DNA from: Nitrospirales bacterium
Lineage (GTDB): Bacteria > Nitrospirota > Nitrospiria > Nitrospirales > UBA8639
Direction of reading: 5' to 3'
Assembly: GCA_965203295.1 (NCBI GenBank)
Contig: CBDBCZ010000018.1
Location: 1,440,001-1,504,000, forward strand
DNA: 64,000 nt
Shown in pieces: positions 26,401 to 38,699 of the stretch. The notes beneath the pieces are model-generated. The model saw only the letters and a program-made list of their open reading frames with translations. It was not told the DNA's origin and made no database searches. Numbering within the stretch: the stretch's first letter is position 1; every line of letters starts with the position of its first letter. The position numbers were made by a program, and so were the translations under genes.

Positions 26401-26878
26401 TACTATAGAGTAGGTGATTTGACGCTTCATCAAACACTAATATTGATAGTGCTAGTCTCAGGGATGGTACAGAGAACGAGGCTAAACTACCAGAGTTGGT
26501 TAGGCCAGTGCCCAAGATACAAGCCGGTTAGACCATGTCTACGGGCGGGCTGTAAAGTAAATACACACACAATTCCTCGGGTTTCACCCTTGGAATTACG
26601 TGATAATGCTTAGGATAAACCATGGTCTAAGTAACATGTAGCTCGTGGTTAATGGTTAAGACTTGACTGGTATAATTCAGAGGGCTCTTACTTGAATCTA
26701 CATGTACATGCAAATAAACATCACTGTTATGTTAGGTCACTTACCCTCATTGCAACAACGAGAAAGGTAACTCCGAGAGCAAGGAAGATCACCCCAACAA
26801 TGAAGAAGACAAAAGACACATGACGGGCTGTGAAGACAGGACAGCACGCTGGAATCTGCTGCTGCACCCACTTGTTCT
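23415..26878 (-). CDS. CDC50: CDC50/LEM3 family P4-ATPase flippase beta subunit (TMEM30-like). Exons 26878-26745, 26025-25632, 25167-24832, 24177-24012 and probably 23433-23415; first exon not located with certainty
   Basis: Motifs QQQIPA..P + TM1, IREVEIPYTNC, YYGLGNYFQNHRRYVNS, PCGLIANSLFND, ESFIVWFRVSAFPKFRKLYG, NYPV..YKGTK, SWLGGRNLFLGIAYI + TM2. GT-AG boundaries have consistent phases (0, 1, 1, 2) and no stops. Confidence 0.88.
24178..24831 (-). other. U12-type (minor spliceosome) GT-AG intron of CDC50 copy I
   Basis: 5'SS GTATCTTT (one mismatch to RTATCCTT); branch point TTCCTTAAC at 24195-24187, ~10 nt from the AG; no polypyrimidine tract. Confidence 0.78.
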
Positions 26879-28136
26879 CTGAAGGAAAGAAAGGTATGAC
26901 AGAACGGGTCAAGAACTACAAAGAACTTCTGTCATTTAGCAGACTAAAGTAACAACTTGAGACAGTAACTACAGTTGGGGCCTACTAGTAAGTGCTACCA
27001 TAACAGGGGCCTGAGAGCTAGACATGCACAAGTGGAAGATGCTTTGCTGAGCACAGATACAGGTGTACAGCTCAACAAGTTGCAAGGACATGCTACTTAG
27101 TGTGTAGGGTTTCATACAGGATTCTTTGCTGGAGGGGGGAGACAAATAGTGAACAGACACACGCCAAATACGCAGCATGTACAGTACATGTATGGTCTTC
27201 TATGGGCAGGGGGGGGGGGGTCTAAAAATATTTGAAAAAATAGATGCCTAGAAGCGTATTGGACTTTGGCTGCTAGTCCACTACCAAACACTTGTGTTCA
27301 AATCAATGGAATTTTTTACTAAATTCTTGGGGGTGGAGATCCTAGTGTACTGCCCTCTATACAAAACCCGAGTGTAATTTGTAAGTGATAACTGCTTATG
27401 AGCTGCCCAGTTGTGAGTACAACAGCAAATAATATTGTGGTGCCTGAGAACACTTGTGTTCAAATCAATGGAATTATGACATTAAGAAGAGAGAGCTATA
27501 TTGGAGCAGAAAGTTGAAGTATTGAAATCCACCAATGGTTAGCATAGTTTGAGGTGTGCTCAGAGAGCAGAAATTAGGCAGGAAAGACTAAGGAAACTGA
27601 AGAATATCTGAGGCTCTTAGTAATTGATGAAGATCCCTTCAAAGAATGATGAGAAGGTTTGAAACAATCACAGTGGGTTCACTCTGTTCACCTTCTTTCA
27701 GCCCTATTTAAACTAGGGCAGTCACACTTTGCTTTCTCTACTCCAGCAGCTCACGCTGACACTAATGTGGCTTTGCATGGCTATCACTGTCTGGATAGAA
27801 CATGGGCTATTTACGTATCAATATAGTATAGGCTCTTAGTAGTAGGCCAAGTGTTGTATCTCAACAGTGCAGGTTGCATGAGTTTATGAGCCTATACATG
27901 ATATGTACGTACATACATGTAGTTGTCAATACACAATTTCTATACATGTAATAGGCTAATCATTTTAGGATACAATAATATATATATATAGCATTGCAAG
28001 TAATATGCTGCAGTTTGCCTTCTGCATGATATGTACGGACATACATGTTACAGTTGGAATTGGCTGGGTCCTACTGGCAAGTGCTACTAGCGGGTTTAGT
28101 GGCTATATAAAGCTTGCCTACTGCTCCTCTGCCAAG

Positions 28137-28221
28137 GGGGCTCCAGTAGCTCAATTGGTAAGAGCATCTGACTAGTATTCAGAAGGTCCTGGGTTCAATC
28201 CCCAGCTGGGTCCCAATTTTT
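28137..28221 (+). ncRNA. tRNA-Thr(AGT)-like Pol III unit (tRNA pseudogene or SINE head)
   Basis: A box TAGCTCAATTGG, anticodon arm TCTGA-CTAGTAT-TCAGA, B box GGTTCAATCCC, over-long acceptor stem and TTTTT terminator. Confidence 0.7.
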
Positions 28222-28952
28222 ATGTGTAATAAGCTAATCAATTTAGGATACAGTAATATAATTATAGCAAGTAGTATGCTGCAGTTTGCCTTCTGCAGCA
28301 TTAATTGCATCGCACACTATGTGCTATCTCATACTGTGATGTGCTATAATCAAAGTATTCCCAAGTATTACACAGAGGGACTAATCATGGACACATCTTG
28401 ACTCAGCCGCTGACTCATTACTGTACACGCTAGGATGTCCTGATCATTAAAGCCATCCATAGAACTAACAGTTGCTGGCCAAATCATCACTAGATCCAAT
28501 CCATCCTAATAACATGGAATCATCATTGGTCAAAACAGAGAAGCAGCCCAGAAGACTCCTACCTGTGTACGTACCTCCAAGTGAACATGGCCAAATACAA
28601 CATGTACTAGCATATCTTTGCATGGTGGAAAACCTGACTCCTTGATTACTACACAAGAACGTGTCCTACTTTCCAAAAGAGAAAAGGTGCTGGATCCCAT
28701 AACACCTTCAACGGAAAGTGAAATAGAATTCAAAAGGGAAGTTAAGCATTCATTGAATGCAGATATGCCTTTACAGACAAGGAAGAGGAACTGCTGTGGA
28801 GTTCCACAATTTATCGCATGGGCTATAACTGGTACTATTACAATAAGTTGGGTGAAATGCACTGTGCAAATACCATAGATTAATCATAATATTATAGGCA
28901 AACATGTTATCTGCATGACATGCAGTGCACAAAATCAACTCAGTATACATAC

Positions 28953-31900
28953 CTTAAACCGATGGCTTGACTGTGACTGAGCTGGAGGGTTCTTCCTATA
29001 GGAAAACAGTAATTGTTCTGCAGGATTCACAATCTTTCTCTAAGTAATACAAAATGGACAAGCTAGCTTGCTGTATGTGCCTGTATTTAGCCAACAAGTG
29101 GAATACATGTACTGGTAGGCTGGCGAGTTACGATAATCCTGTTTCGCAACTTACAGCTGCTAACAAGTCGGATAATTGTAGCTTCGTGATTCCAGTCTCA
29201 ACTGCTAGCTTCAATTTCTTCGCACCAACACATACTTGACAAAAGTGGAGACTGGAAATGAGGTTACTTTCGCTATATTTTTTTAGCTCTTGGCCTGACC
29301 TGGTACTTAGCAGAGACTTGGGAGTTTAGCAGATCTTACTTTTAACAGTTGTGGTACAGCAATATGCAAGTGTGGATGTTATGTATACACACCCATTTTA
29401 CCTTAGACATGCATATACGTATGTATGCGCATACCTTTTGCAACTTTTAGCACTTCTTTTGTGTGGAGAATATCTCACTCCAAGAGGAGTCACTGTGTGG
29501 CTTCTGTGCTTCTTTAGTCCAGGAGCTGATCTGCTACCCTGCACTACTTGCAAAATGCGCTCGGCTTCAACTTCAAGCCACACATAGCTCTGCGAGAAAA
29601 AGAAATAGTCCGGCACTTACTAGATAATTGTTTTATACTTGCAGTGGAGTACTATAATGTATTATGTATGTAAATCCAATCAATAGTTACTGTAGATGAG
29701 CTTTTAAATTAAACATAATGTGAACATAAATGTGTAGCAGGGGTGTAAGAATGGCCTTTGATAGAGCTAGCCAGATCACCTAAAGCTATTCTTTTCACTT
29801 GCACAAAATATTACAGAGGAGAAAGGTCAATAGGACTGAACATATCCCAAGAGTAGATGCTGTAGTTACGTTCCTAATTGAACATGAAGGATGGTAAGCT
29901 GGTTCGGCTGCCGCAGTCAGTGAAAGATTTGATGAAGCGTTAAGTTAAATTATCAAAGCGTTAAGTAATTTTCAAGCTGAACTTGACAATTGAATTGTTA
30001 CTATGTATTGTTTTATCAATTTTGTTTCATTGTATTGTTGCAATAGATTCTGCACTTATTGCACTATAACATTAACATAAACTATTTAAAGAAATTTAAA
30101 AATCGTTTTCCAAACATGCTAATTGGAATTTCCTCACAGGAATTGGAAGTGGTGCAATGTGATTTACGCTTCATTTGCTGTAGGTTGTTGGTCTTCTCAG
30201 CACTTGTTTCAATTCTTTCATGAAGACAACATCCAAGTGTATGGCACTACAATGAGCATGCCACTAGAACGATATGTTGTATATGTACTGCAAACCTCAT
30301 CTTTATCTCTCACACTTGCAACATTAACAGACAGTTGCTCACAGATGGAGTCTACCACATAATCATCTGGGCAGAAATAAAGGCAGACTAAAAGCTGCTT
30401 TGAAAATACATTGATACTAAACACAGCAGTAAAATCCCCAGAAAGTAGTTAAAGCTGCAGTTTCAGACACCGAGATAGTGTAATGGCCTGCATGGTTCTA
30501 GTTTAAAACTGTGGCCTTGCACGCTCAGGTGCAATATCATAGTAGAATATGGGAAAGCTGCTGCTCCTTTGTAAGAGAGACAAGAACATCAGTATAAACT
30601 TTGTACAATGTACAATTCAAATTGGGAACCGGTACAATACGAACATTATGTATGGCTTATTACATTCATCACTGTGGAAAACAGCTAAGTTATCAAAATG
30701 TTTGCATTTCTGTAAATAATTCACGATATTCAGCTACGTAAGCCTTGCTCTTAGTCTCAACTTACTTTGCATATACGTAGTACAACACACTACATACTAC
30801 GTATGTGCAAAAAGCTGGGGAGTGGAGACGAGAATGAGGCTATAGCTAACTACATATAGCACACACACACACACACACACCTCTACATACCAGTCATGGG
30901 GTTTGCTCTCAGGTCAAGCACTATGAGACATGTGTTCACTTTCAGTACTTCCAGAAGACTGACTGCCCCACCAGTAGTGACACCACAGGACTGGATGTCT
31001 ATGGCTGGGAGTTACAGAAGTAATTGTACCATCATTACAGGCATAACTGTACTGAATTTACAATCCTGTACGTAAATTACACAAGTGACTGTATAAGATA
31101 TGATTGGAACTACAATGTATGAATGTGCACACTGTACGTAAATGTTTTTTTCCACCTCACTGCTTCCCAAAGAGCTTGACTTCTTCATTTGGACTGCCAC
31201 ATTAAATAGATGATAATTATTCTACGACTCCCCACGTCCAGATGAAACCATAGAGAAGGTTGGAAGAAGCTAACCCACATGTACGTACATACCTCTGAGG
31301 CACACATCATCTCTGAGTGCTTCCGCAAACTCCTGTGCACCTTTATCACCAATGTCAACGTTGAGATTTAGTGTAACTCTGTGCAGACCTGGTATCTTTT
31401 CCAGTTTGAGCTTTTATGATCGGAGGCTTCACTTTGTCTGTGCAGGCAATGTTGCTGCAGAAATAGTAAAGGTGTAGTAAATAAATGTAGCCTCATACTC
31501 GGATAGACCTATTACCACCGTAGTAATGTAACTGAGATGTATATCAGTACATATATGTATATACAATCTCATTACTACGTAGCTACACGCAAGAAGTTCC
31601 TTCCTTCATTACAGCAAGGCTTCTTAGGCTTCTCTCCAGTTCAATTCAGTGACAGCTTTAGTCCTTGTTTTGTAAGGCATGGTACCATACACAGGAAGAG
31701 CAACTAAAATGTGACTTCCAATCTTTAAAAGCCACTCTGGATACCTGTCTGCCAATCCCCCTTGAACAGATCTATCATGAAGTCATTCCGTTATATATCA
31801 GTATATGCAGTGATGTATATACTGCAAAGCACAAGCTTAATTAGTGTGATCATAGATAGTAGAGTAGAAGGATTTCCTGTCCTTCTACTCTACTATCTAT

Positions 31901-32425
31901 GGTGTGATTAAAAGTATCTATTATAAACATACCTACACAGCAGTCAATCAACTGGAAGCTTTCTGCTTATGCTGTACACAAAGCTGCCCTGTGCAAATGT
32001 ACATCTATCCTCGCTCCCAGGCCCTCACTTCATTTGGTTGCATGAAGGCTAGCATAATATACTTGTAAAAAGTCACTGGATTAATGGAGGTACTGTCTAA
32101 CTACATGTACTGGTGTACTGACCACTATTTACAGTATTATAGATAAAAGGTCTAATTACATACCAATGCTTCTCACAGTTGGGCAAAGTCTTTCCTCCCA
32201 TTTGACTATGAAGGCAACAGTATGCAGTGCCTTGTTGATCTGTAAAGCAGTCAGAACTGGGTGCCAGTCGTTTCTCTTAGCCTTGTAGACCCGACAACTC
32301 AGCACTCCTTCCTTGGCTCCACTGCGTATACTGGCTATAGGACACGTGTCCTCCAGGGCACACAGGCTTTCATAGTAAGCTACAAAGTCTTCAGCTCCTC
32401 ACTCATGAATGCGAACAGCCTCCAT
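28953..32425 (-). pseudogene. CEP78: CEP78 pseudogene copy I. Exons 32425-32164, 31454-31293, 31004-30891, 30366-30296, 29589-29435, 28995-28953
   Basis: N-terminus EDFVAYYESLCALEDTCP...DWHPVLTALQINK and LRRs (VTLNVDIGDKGA-like, AIDIQSCGVT, VLDLRANP) match CEP78. There is a CGA>TGA stop at codon 9 (32401-32399), exons 2-5 are largely deleted, and exon 6 has a frameshift and stop. Confidence 0.85.
31851..31901. mobile_element. 51-bp P-element-like hairpin (22-bp perfect TIR, 7-bp TSD GTGTGAT); copy at 48214-48264
   Basis: CATAGATAGTAGAGTAGAAGGA-N7-TCCTTCTACTCTACTATCTATG, flanked by GTGTGAT on both sides. Confidence 0.75.
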
Positions 32426-34119
32426 CTATGGTGGAAATAGCAACTTCTGATATAGAGGTATTAGCTCTACTGTACCATGCACAAGCTGCTCTGAATATAG
32501 TTAACTCCCTATAGCTACATGAACGCATATTACATTTATTTCTTTCTGGTAGGTTTAGATTGTAGTTGCATTGTCTTGTAAGTACATGTAATCTGCTGTT
32601 TCAATGGATTATGAAAGCAGTTCAAGCACCTATTCCACAACATATATGTGAATAAGAAGGTGCTTTGCACTCATTTTGATAAAAAAATTAGGCCAAAAAT
32701 TAAATGTAGTTGTTCCAAGTCTGTACTAAAATGACAGTAGAAGAAATGGTGGGACTAAGATCTTTATTTAATGTGACAATATAAAGCCCCTCAGAAGGTT
32801 ATAAACAGAATGTTTTAAACAGACAAGTATTTCATCAGACATCTTTAGTGACATACTCTATGAATTTGTGTGCAACATGTGGCTGTAGGTAAAGTACAAA
32901 GATCTCTGCAGGCAGGCTTGGAAAAGATGCTATCAGTGTATTAAAGGTATACAAGGGTCACTAACACCTTCAGGTGCTGAGAGCAGTAAGTGTAGTGTCT
33001 GGAGACACTAGCCTTGAGCTGCATATGGGATACGAGTTTAAATCCTGGTTCAGCAAAAACCCAATGAAGGTTTGGAGCAGCTATGGTACAGGGCTGGGTG
33101 CTTCCCTCTTGCTGTGGAAACTGGTACATGTACATACGCCATATCAGCTTCCTACAGTGTTTCAGATACCATTTTTATAACCCAATTTGGTATCTTTCAT
33201 GGCTGATTAAGAATTCCAGTACACTAATTAAATGCTGCAGCTACAAGTATAGGCAAATCAGGATTCTAGAGGTCTGGCAAACAAAGTTAGGATTGTCTCT
33301 ATGATATTATAGAATCTGTAGGTGAAGGCTACACCAACATGTGGACAGCAAAAGTGAACAAGATCGCTCTAAAGTCAGTAGGCATTGTTTGCCCGAGTGC
33401 ACTTCTCCGAGTGAATCAGGCAAACAAACCAATCATTTTGTAATGATCATCAACCTTTGTACTCTCCTAACACTTAGTGTCTTTGGCTATCCATGGTATT
33501 TTGCTCTAGGTGGATAAACCATTGTGGAATAATTTATTGAGTCATACAAGTTTCAGTTGTAATGGTTTACAGTTGCTGATGATGTTGCTGCTGATACTTT
33601 TCCTTATGGACACCGTAAAGCTTCCCTACTAGAGTCTACACTCACCAAATATGCAGCATGTGCAGTCAGTCAAGAAAGCCACACCTCTTCGCAGTCGCAT
33701 GCACTGCAGCAACGCAAGACCGTACTAGCGTGAGACTCTACACAAACGCTTAGCATGCACGTGAGAACCCAGCTCCTCCTGCGTAACACATTTTACGCAA
33801 TTAAAATCAGATGATCTGGAGTGCGCCACTGCTTTCAAGGCAGTTCATGGATTATAATTTAATGCAATACCGTAAGCGATCCCCAAGTTGGTAGAAGTTG
33901 GAGCTAGCTAGACTAACGTGCTACCATAGATAGTAGAAGTTATCTATGGTGCTACGTACCTTGACTCTGGTTGCTGTAGTTTGCAGCAGAGATGCTAATA
34001 ATACCTTTGTTTGCAGCTTTAGTCAAACTCCCTTCCCCGCCCCCCAAAAGAAAAAAAAAACAAACAAAAACAAAGACCCGGCAATGATAAGTGAGACTTC
34101 GACCTGTTCGTGTCTACTG

Positions 34120-34290
34120 CCATACCTCTCATTTCATGTATTATAGGAATCGAGAACGCGGCAAGGAACCGCCAGCTAGCTAAGGAACCACGAAGTATTA
34201 AATGCGGGGGCGGGCACGCTACGATATGCGCCGCGCGCGTCAACGCTTTTCGCGCCAGCTCACGCAGCTCTTGACTGCGTAAGAAAGTTG
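34120..34290 (-). promoter_or_regulatory. CpG-rich promoter-like block with GC box, E2F-type site and a downstream splice donor (five copies: ~16170, 34120, 37490, 50690, 53300)
   Basis: GGGGCGGG at 34207-34214, TTTTCGCGCC at 34247-34256 and GAG|GTATGG donor at 34125 on the minus strand. It lies ~1.7 kb upstream of the CEP78 ATG. Confidence 0.5.
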
Positions 34291-36531
34291 AACTCTCTCG
34301 AATTAAAGTGCGGAATAATGAAGTCTCTATTCAAGGAACAGGGAGGTTATAGGTATTATCAAATAATTTGTAGCAAGACCTGACAGTTCCCAATTTATGC
34401 CCCACCAGGTAGTTTCACGAGTTCACATGAAACAGTAATTGATTGTAGGTATCTATCAATAAATAAGAGTAAAATGGAAGCGGTAACATACAACAAAGAT
34501 TATAGAAGTCTGTCAACATTAAGGATTCTGAAGCATCTTGAAGAGGAGTATATATATCGTTATAAGGCCAAACAAACTTTCATCACAGCCTCTAGTTTAC
34601 AGGGAGAATGGAGAGGAACCAAATTCCCAATTTCATTTCCACCTCTAATTAATTGTACACATTACTTTTCTTGTGTTTGCCTTTAGTGATTGCTGAAATG
34701 AAACATAGGTGGGAGATAATTAGTCACACAGAACACAACTTCAATAAGCAAAGTGGAATGAACCATATCTAAGGAGCAATGTAAGTAACTATGCCTCATA
34801 TTGACAGCCAACTTTGAGATCAGTGTATTCCTAGCAGAGAGAATTGGGGAAGTTACTGCTTCCCAATTAATTGCCTACTCTGACAGAGTGCACACATTAA
34901 TCTTCTTTAGAGATAGCAGATATGTGGGAATAAACAAATTATATATGCAGTGCACAATCGTAATATGCTGCTCTAGAAGGAACTGTGTAAAAAACAGCGT
35001 AAGTAAAACCGTACTCATGACAGTCTACTTAGAGATCACACAAAGTCAGGCAAGATATTCCTAGCTAATTAGGAATCTGCCAGAGAGAATGGCGAGGAAC
35101 CAGCTTCCCAATTCCATTCCCTACTCTAATTAATTGTACACGTTACTTTTCTTGTTTTTGCAAAATGTTACTTCAAAGTTTGCAAGCAGAAAACATAAGT
35201 GGAAGATAACTAATTTAGTTACACCTAACACAACTTCCATAAGAAGTCGTGGAATGAACCATCTAAAAAGCACTGGAACAACAAACAGAACAAAATGTGA
35301 GGAAAAGTAAATAACACAATCTCAGTAAGCTTCTCTAGAAGGAACCATGTAAGGAACCGCACCCCTGACGGCCCACTTTGTGATAACACAAAGCTAATTG
35401 AGAATCTGTCTCTTTACTGCAAAGAGACCAACAGCACAGCCTCTAACTACCGGAGAGAATGGAGAGGAATCAGCTTCCAATTCAATATACCCACTCTAAT
35501 TAATGACACACATTACTTTTTTGTGTGTTCGCACAATGTAACTTTAGAGATTGCAGGCAGGAAACAGGTGGGGGATGATTAGTCTCACAGAACTTGAAGG
35601 AATAATCTACGGAGCAAAGTAAGGAACCGTGCCTCATATTGACAGCCAACTTTGAGATCAGTGTATTCCTAGCAGAGAAAATTGGAGCAGTTGCTGCTTC
35701 CCAAATAATTGCCTACTCTGGTAAGTGCATGCTTTACTCTCCTCATGTTAACACAATGATTCTTTAGGGAAAGGAGACAGGACAAATGTAAAAAAAGCAA
35801 GTTATGCAGTAAACAATTGCAGTAAGCTGCTTTAGAAGGAACCGTAAGGAACCGTACCGCTGACAGCCCACTTTGAGATCACACAAAGTCAGGCAAGGTA
35901 TTCCTAACTGATTGGAAATCTGTTTCTTTATTGCAAAGATACCAACAGCACAGCTTCTAGCTACCAGAGAGAGCGGAAAGGTACCAGCTTCGCAATTTCA
36001 TTCTCCACTCTAATTAATTGTACACATTACTTTTCTTGTGATGGCAAAATGTTACTTCAGAGATTGCAGGCAAGAAACCATAGTTAGTACTCTACAATCT
36101 ATGACGAAACATAGGACGTGGGGGAAATTAGTCACATGCACAGAACACAAATTCGATATGTAACCGTGGAATGAACCATCTAAAAAGCACAGTAGTAACT
36201 GTGCCTCATATTGACAAGAAAGATTATAGACGACTGCCAACATTAAGGAGAAGCATCTAGAAGAGGAGTATATCGTTATAAGGCTAAACAAACTTCTATC
36301 ACAGCCTCTAGCTGCCAGGGAGAATGGAGAGGTACCAAATTTCCAATTTCATTTTCAACTCTAATTAATTGTACACATTACTGTTCTTGTGTTTGCCTTT
36401 AGTGATTGCTGAAATGAAACATAGGTGGGAGATAATTAGTCACACAGAACACAACTTCAATAGGCAAAGTGGAATGAACCATCAATAAGCAACCGTTGAA
36501 GGAACGTCTAAGGATCAAAGTAAGGAATCGT

Positions 36532-37426
36532 TGTCACAGTAAATTTGATCGCTCGGAAATTCGATCGCGGCGATCGCGACAGAATTTACTAGGAAATACT
36601 ATCGCCGAGCGATTCAATTTACTAGGAAATACGGTAGCGCCTAGGAAATATTATCGCACGCTAGCTTTGCACCTTCCCAGCACTCAGCGTAGCTACATGG
36701 CATAGTCTCGTGGATTTTGATCTATGTTCAAACGTTCCCAGGCCACAATCAGGGCTTACCCCCGCTTTCCTTGCGGGCTGGGAAAGACTAATGTAACCGC
36801 AGGGTACTGGCTGCCAAATTCGAGACTCCATACTAGTATAGTAGCCTGCTGGGTTATCCAGCGCTCAGGAAGTCTCTACTCTTCATGTTTTGCTGACTGC
36901 TGACTCATAATGCGATGTGCATGAATAAAGTGTACATGTTGTATACAGAAAACTTATGTTACAGTGCTGGTACGCATGACGGGTGTGAAAAACCATTACT
37001 GCTTAAATACAGCTTCTGGTATTTTTGCACAGGATTCGTGAAACCATTTTCCACACTTGCTGCACATGCGTTCTTCTCCATCGTCTGGCAGCCAGCATGA
37101 ACAGTAACGCCCACATTCTCACTTCCGATGGGCGTTCCTGCTCGGATCGTCTGGGGCGGGAATGGTTCCAGCTTTCCGTCCTTTAAGAAGCATACTCTTA
37201 GTTTAGCTTGGTCATACCTAAGTACATGGTCTACGTTATTGTACACACATTCGTAGGCATACAGCAGATCTAGAGCTCAGCCTGTCCAGGTAGCTAGAGT
37301 GCGATAATATTTCCTAGGCGCTACCCTATTTCCTAGTACTAGTAAATTGAATCGCTCAGCGATAGTATTTCCTAGTAAATTCTGTCGCCGCGATCGAATT
37401 TCCGAGCGATCCAATTTACTGTGACA
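36532..37426 (-). mobile_element. Non-autonomous Ginger1-like DNA transposon (895 bp) with a degenerate PHD-finger remnant
   Basis: TGTCACAG...CTGTGACA termini, >100-bp TIRs and TSD (T/C)CGT. The internal minus strand reads YDQAKLR..KDGKLEPFP, then YCSCWLPDDGEERMCSKCGKWFHESC. Confidence 0.8.
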
Positions 37427-37978
37427 CCGTGTCTTGTACTGACAGCCAACTTTGAGATCAGTGCATATTCCTAGCAGAGAGAATTGGAGCCGTACCTCAC
37501 ATTTCATGTATTATTGGTATCGAGAACGCGACAATGAACCGACAGCTAGCTAAGAAAAAGGAACCACGAAGTAAATAAATGCGGGGGCGGGGCACGCTAC
37601 GATATGCGCCGCGCGCGTCAATGCTTTTCGCGCCAGCTCACGCAGCTCTTGACTGCGCAAGAGAGTTGAACTCTCTAGAATTAAAGTACTACTACAGAAG
37701 AATGGAGTCTCTATTCAAGGAACAGGGAGGTTATAGGTATTATCAAATAATTTGTAGCAAGACCTGACAGTTCCCAATTTATACCCCATGCACCTAGCAG
37801 TTTCACGAGTTCACATGAAACAGTAATTGATTGTAGGTATCTATCAATGGATGCATGTAAAGAACTTTGAGATTGTACTTCTGTAAAATGGAAGCGGCAA
37901 CATACAAGAAAGATTATAGACGTCTGTTAACATTAAGAATTCTGAAGCATCTTGAAGAGGAGTACATATATCGTTATA

Positions 37979-38699
37979 CCACATTACATCACATCCAAGG
38001 TGCTTGATTGGAGCAGAAGAGGAGTATAAAGGGTCATATACTACGTACATTTATGTTTTCATCTTTTAATATACTGCTTTCATGCAGTTTTTATGTATTA
38101 TGACATCGTAAATAACTGCTGCCTCTGGGAATGCTAGCCCAGCGTTTCTAGGTACCTACTCCACCCGATTGGTCAAATGTTGTATAAGCCGGATATACCA
38201 CGCCTAGGCAAGAAGCGATTGGCCGCCTGTGTATATGTATAGGATATACTCGAAGTATAAACGCGATTACTCCGCTAGGCTGTTTACCCTCGGCTAAACC
38301 GTCTAGCGGAGTATATGTATAGGATATACCGCGTCTACGAGGAGTATAAACGCAGATAAACTCCGCTAGACAGTTTATCCGAGGCGTAGCCGAGGGTAAA
38401 CCGTCTAGCGGAGTTTATCGCGTTTATACTCCGATTAGGCGTGGTATATCCGGCTTATATCACAGGCGGCCAATCGCTTCTTGCCGTTTGTCATCGCCAT
38501 AGTTACCATTCAGTAGTATTCATTTATTACGTAAACAAAAACACGTCAACGAACATGAAAACACGCATGGAAAACATGAAAACAAAATAGTAGTATAAAC
38601 ACCTTTATACTTCTCTCTGTAGCCAATGAATTTCTCCAAAAGTGATGTAATGTGATATAACTGCGTTTACACTCCTCGTAGACGTGGTATATCCTATAC
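37979..38699. mobile_element. Composite palindromic non-autonomous element flanked by TTATA (unclassified, possibly Crypton-like); copy at 53777-54507
   Basis: An empty site is visible at 34551-34575. A 39-bp inverted repeat lies at 38317-38355/38661-38699, with a central hairpin CGAGGCGTAGCCGAG. Confidence 0.65.

Larger units (their letters stand above)
16170..37490. repeat. Segmental duplication copy I (~21 kb)
   Basis: Colinear and near-identical to 37491-53297 (ORF pairs 20464/41244, 21069/41849, 33946/50515 and 36052/52588). Confidence 0.92.

Noticed and set aside
27460..28880. Possible transposase/THAP remnants on the plus strand
   Set aside because: Too degenerate; no diagnostic motif is readable.
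28953..28995. Candidate first exon of CDC50
   Set aside because: It has a TAA in the required frame and fits instead as a CEP78 exon (phase 2 to 0).
32976..33058. tRNA-like sequence (B box; copy ~49652)
   Set aside because: No A box or cloverleaf could be built.
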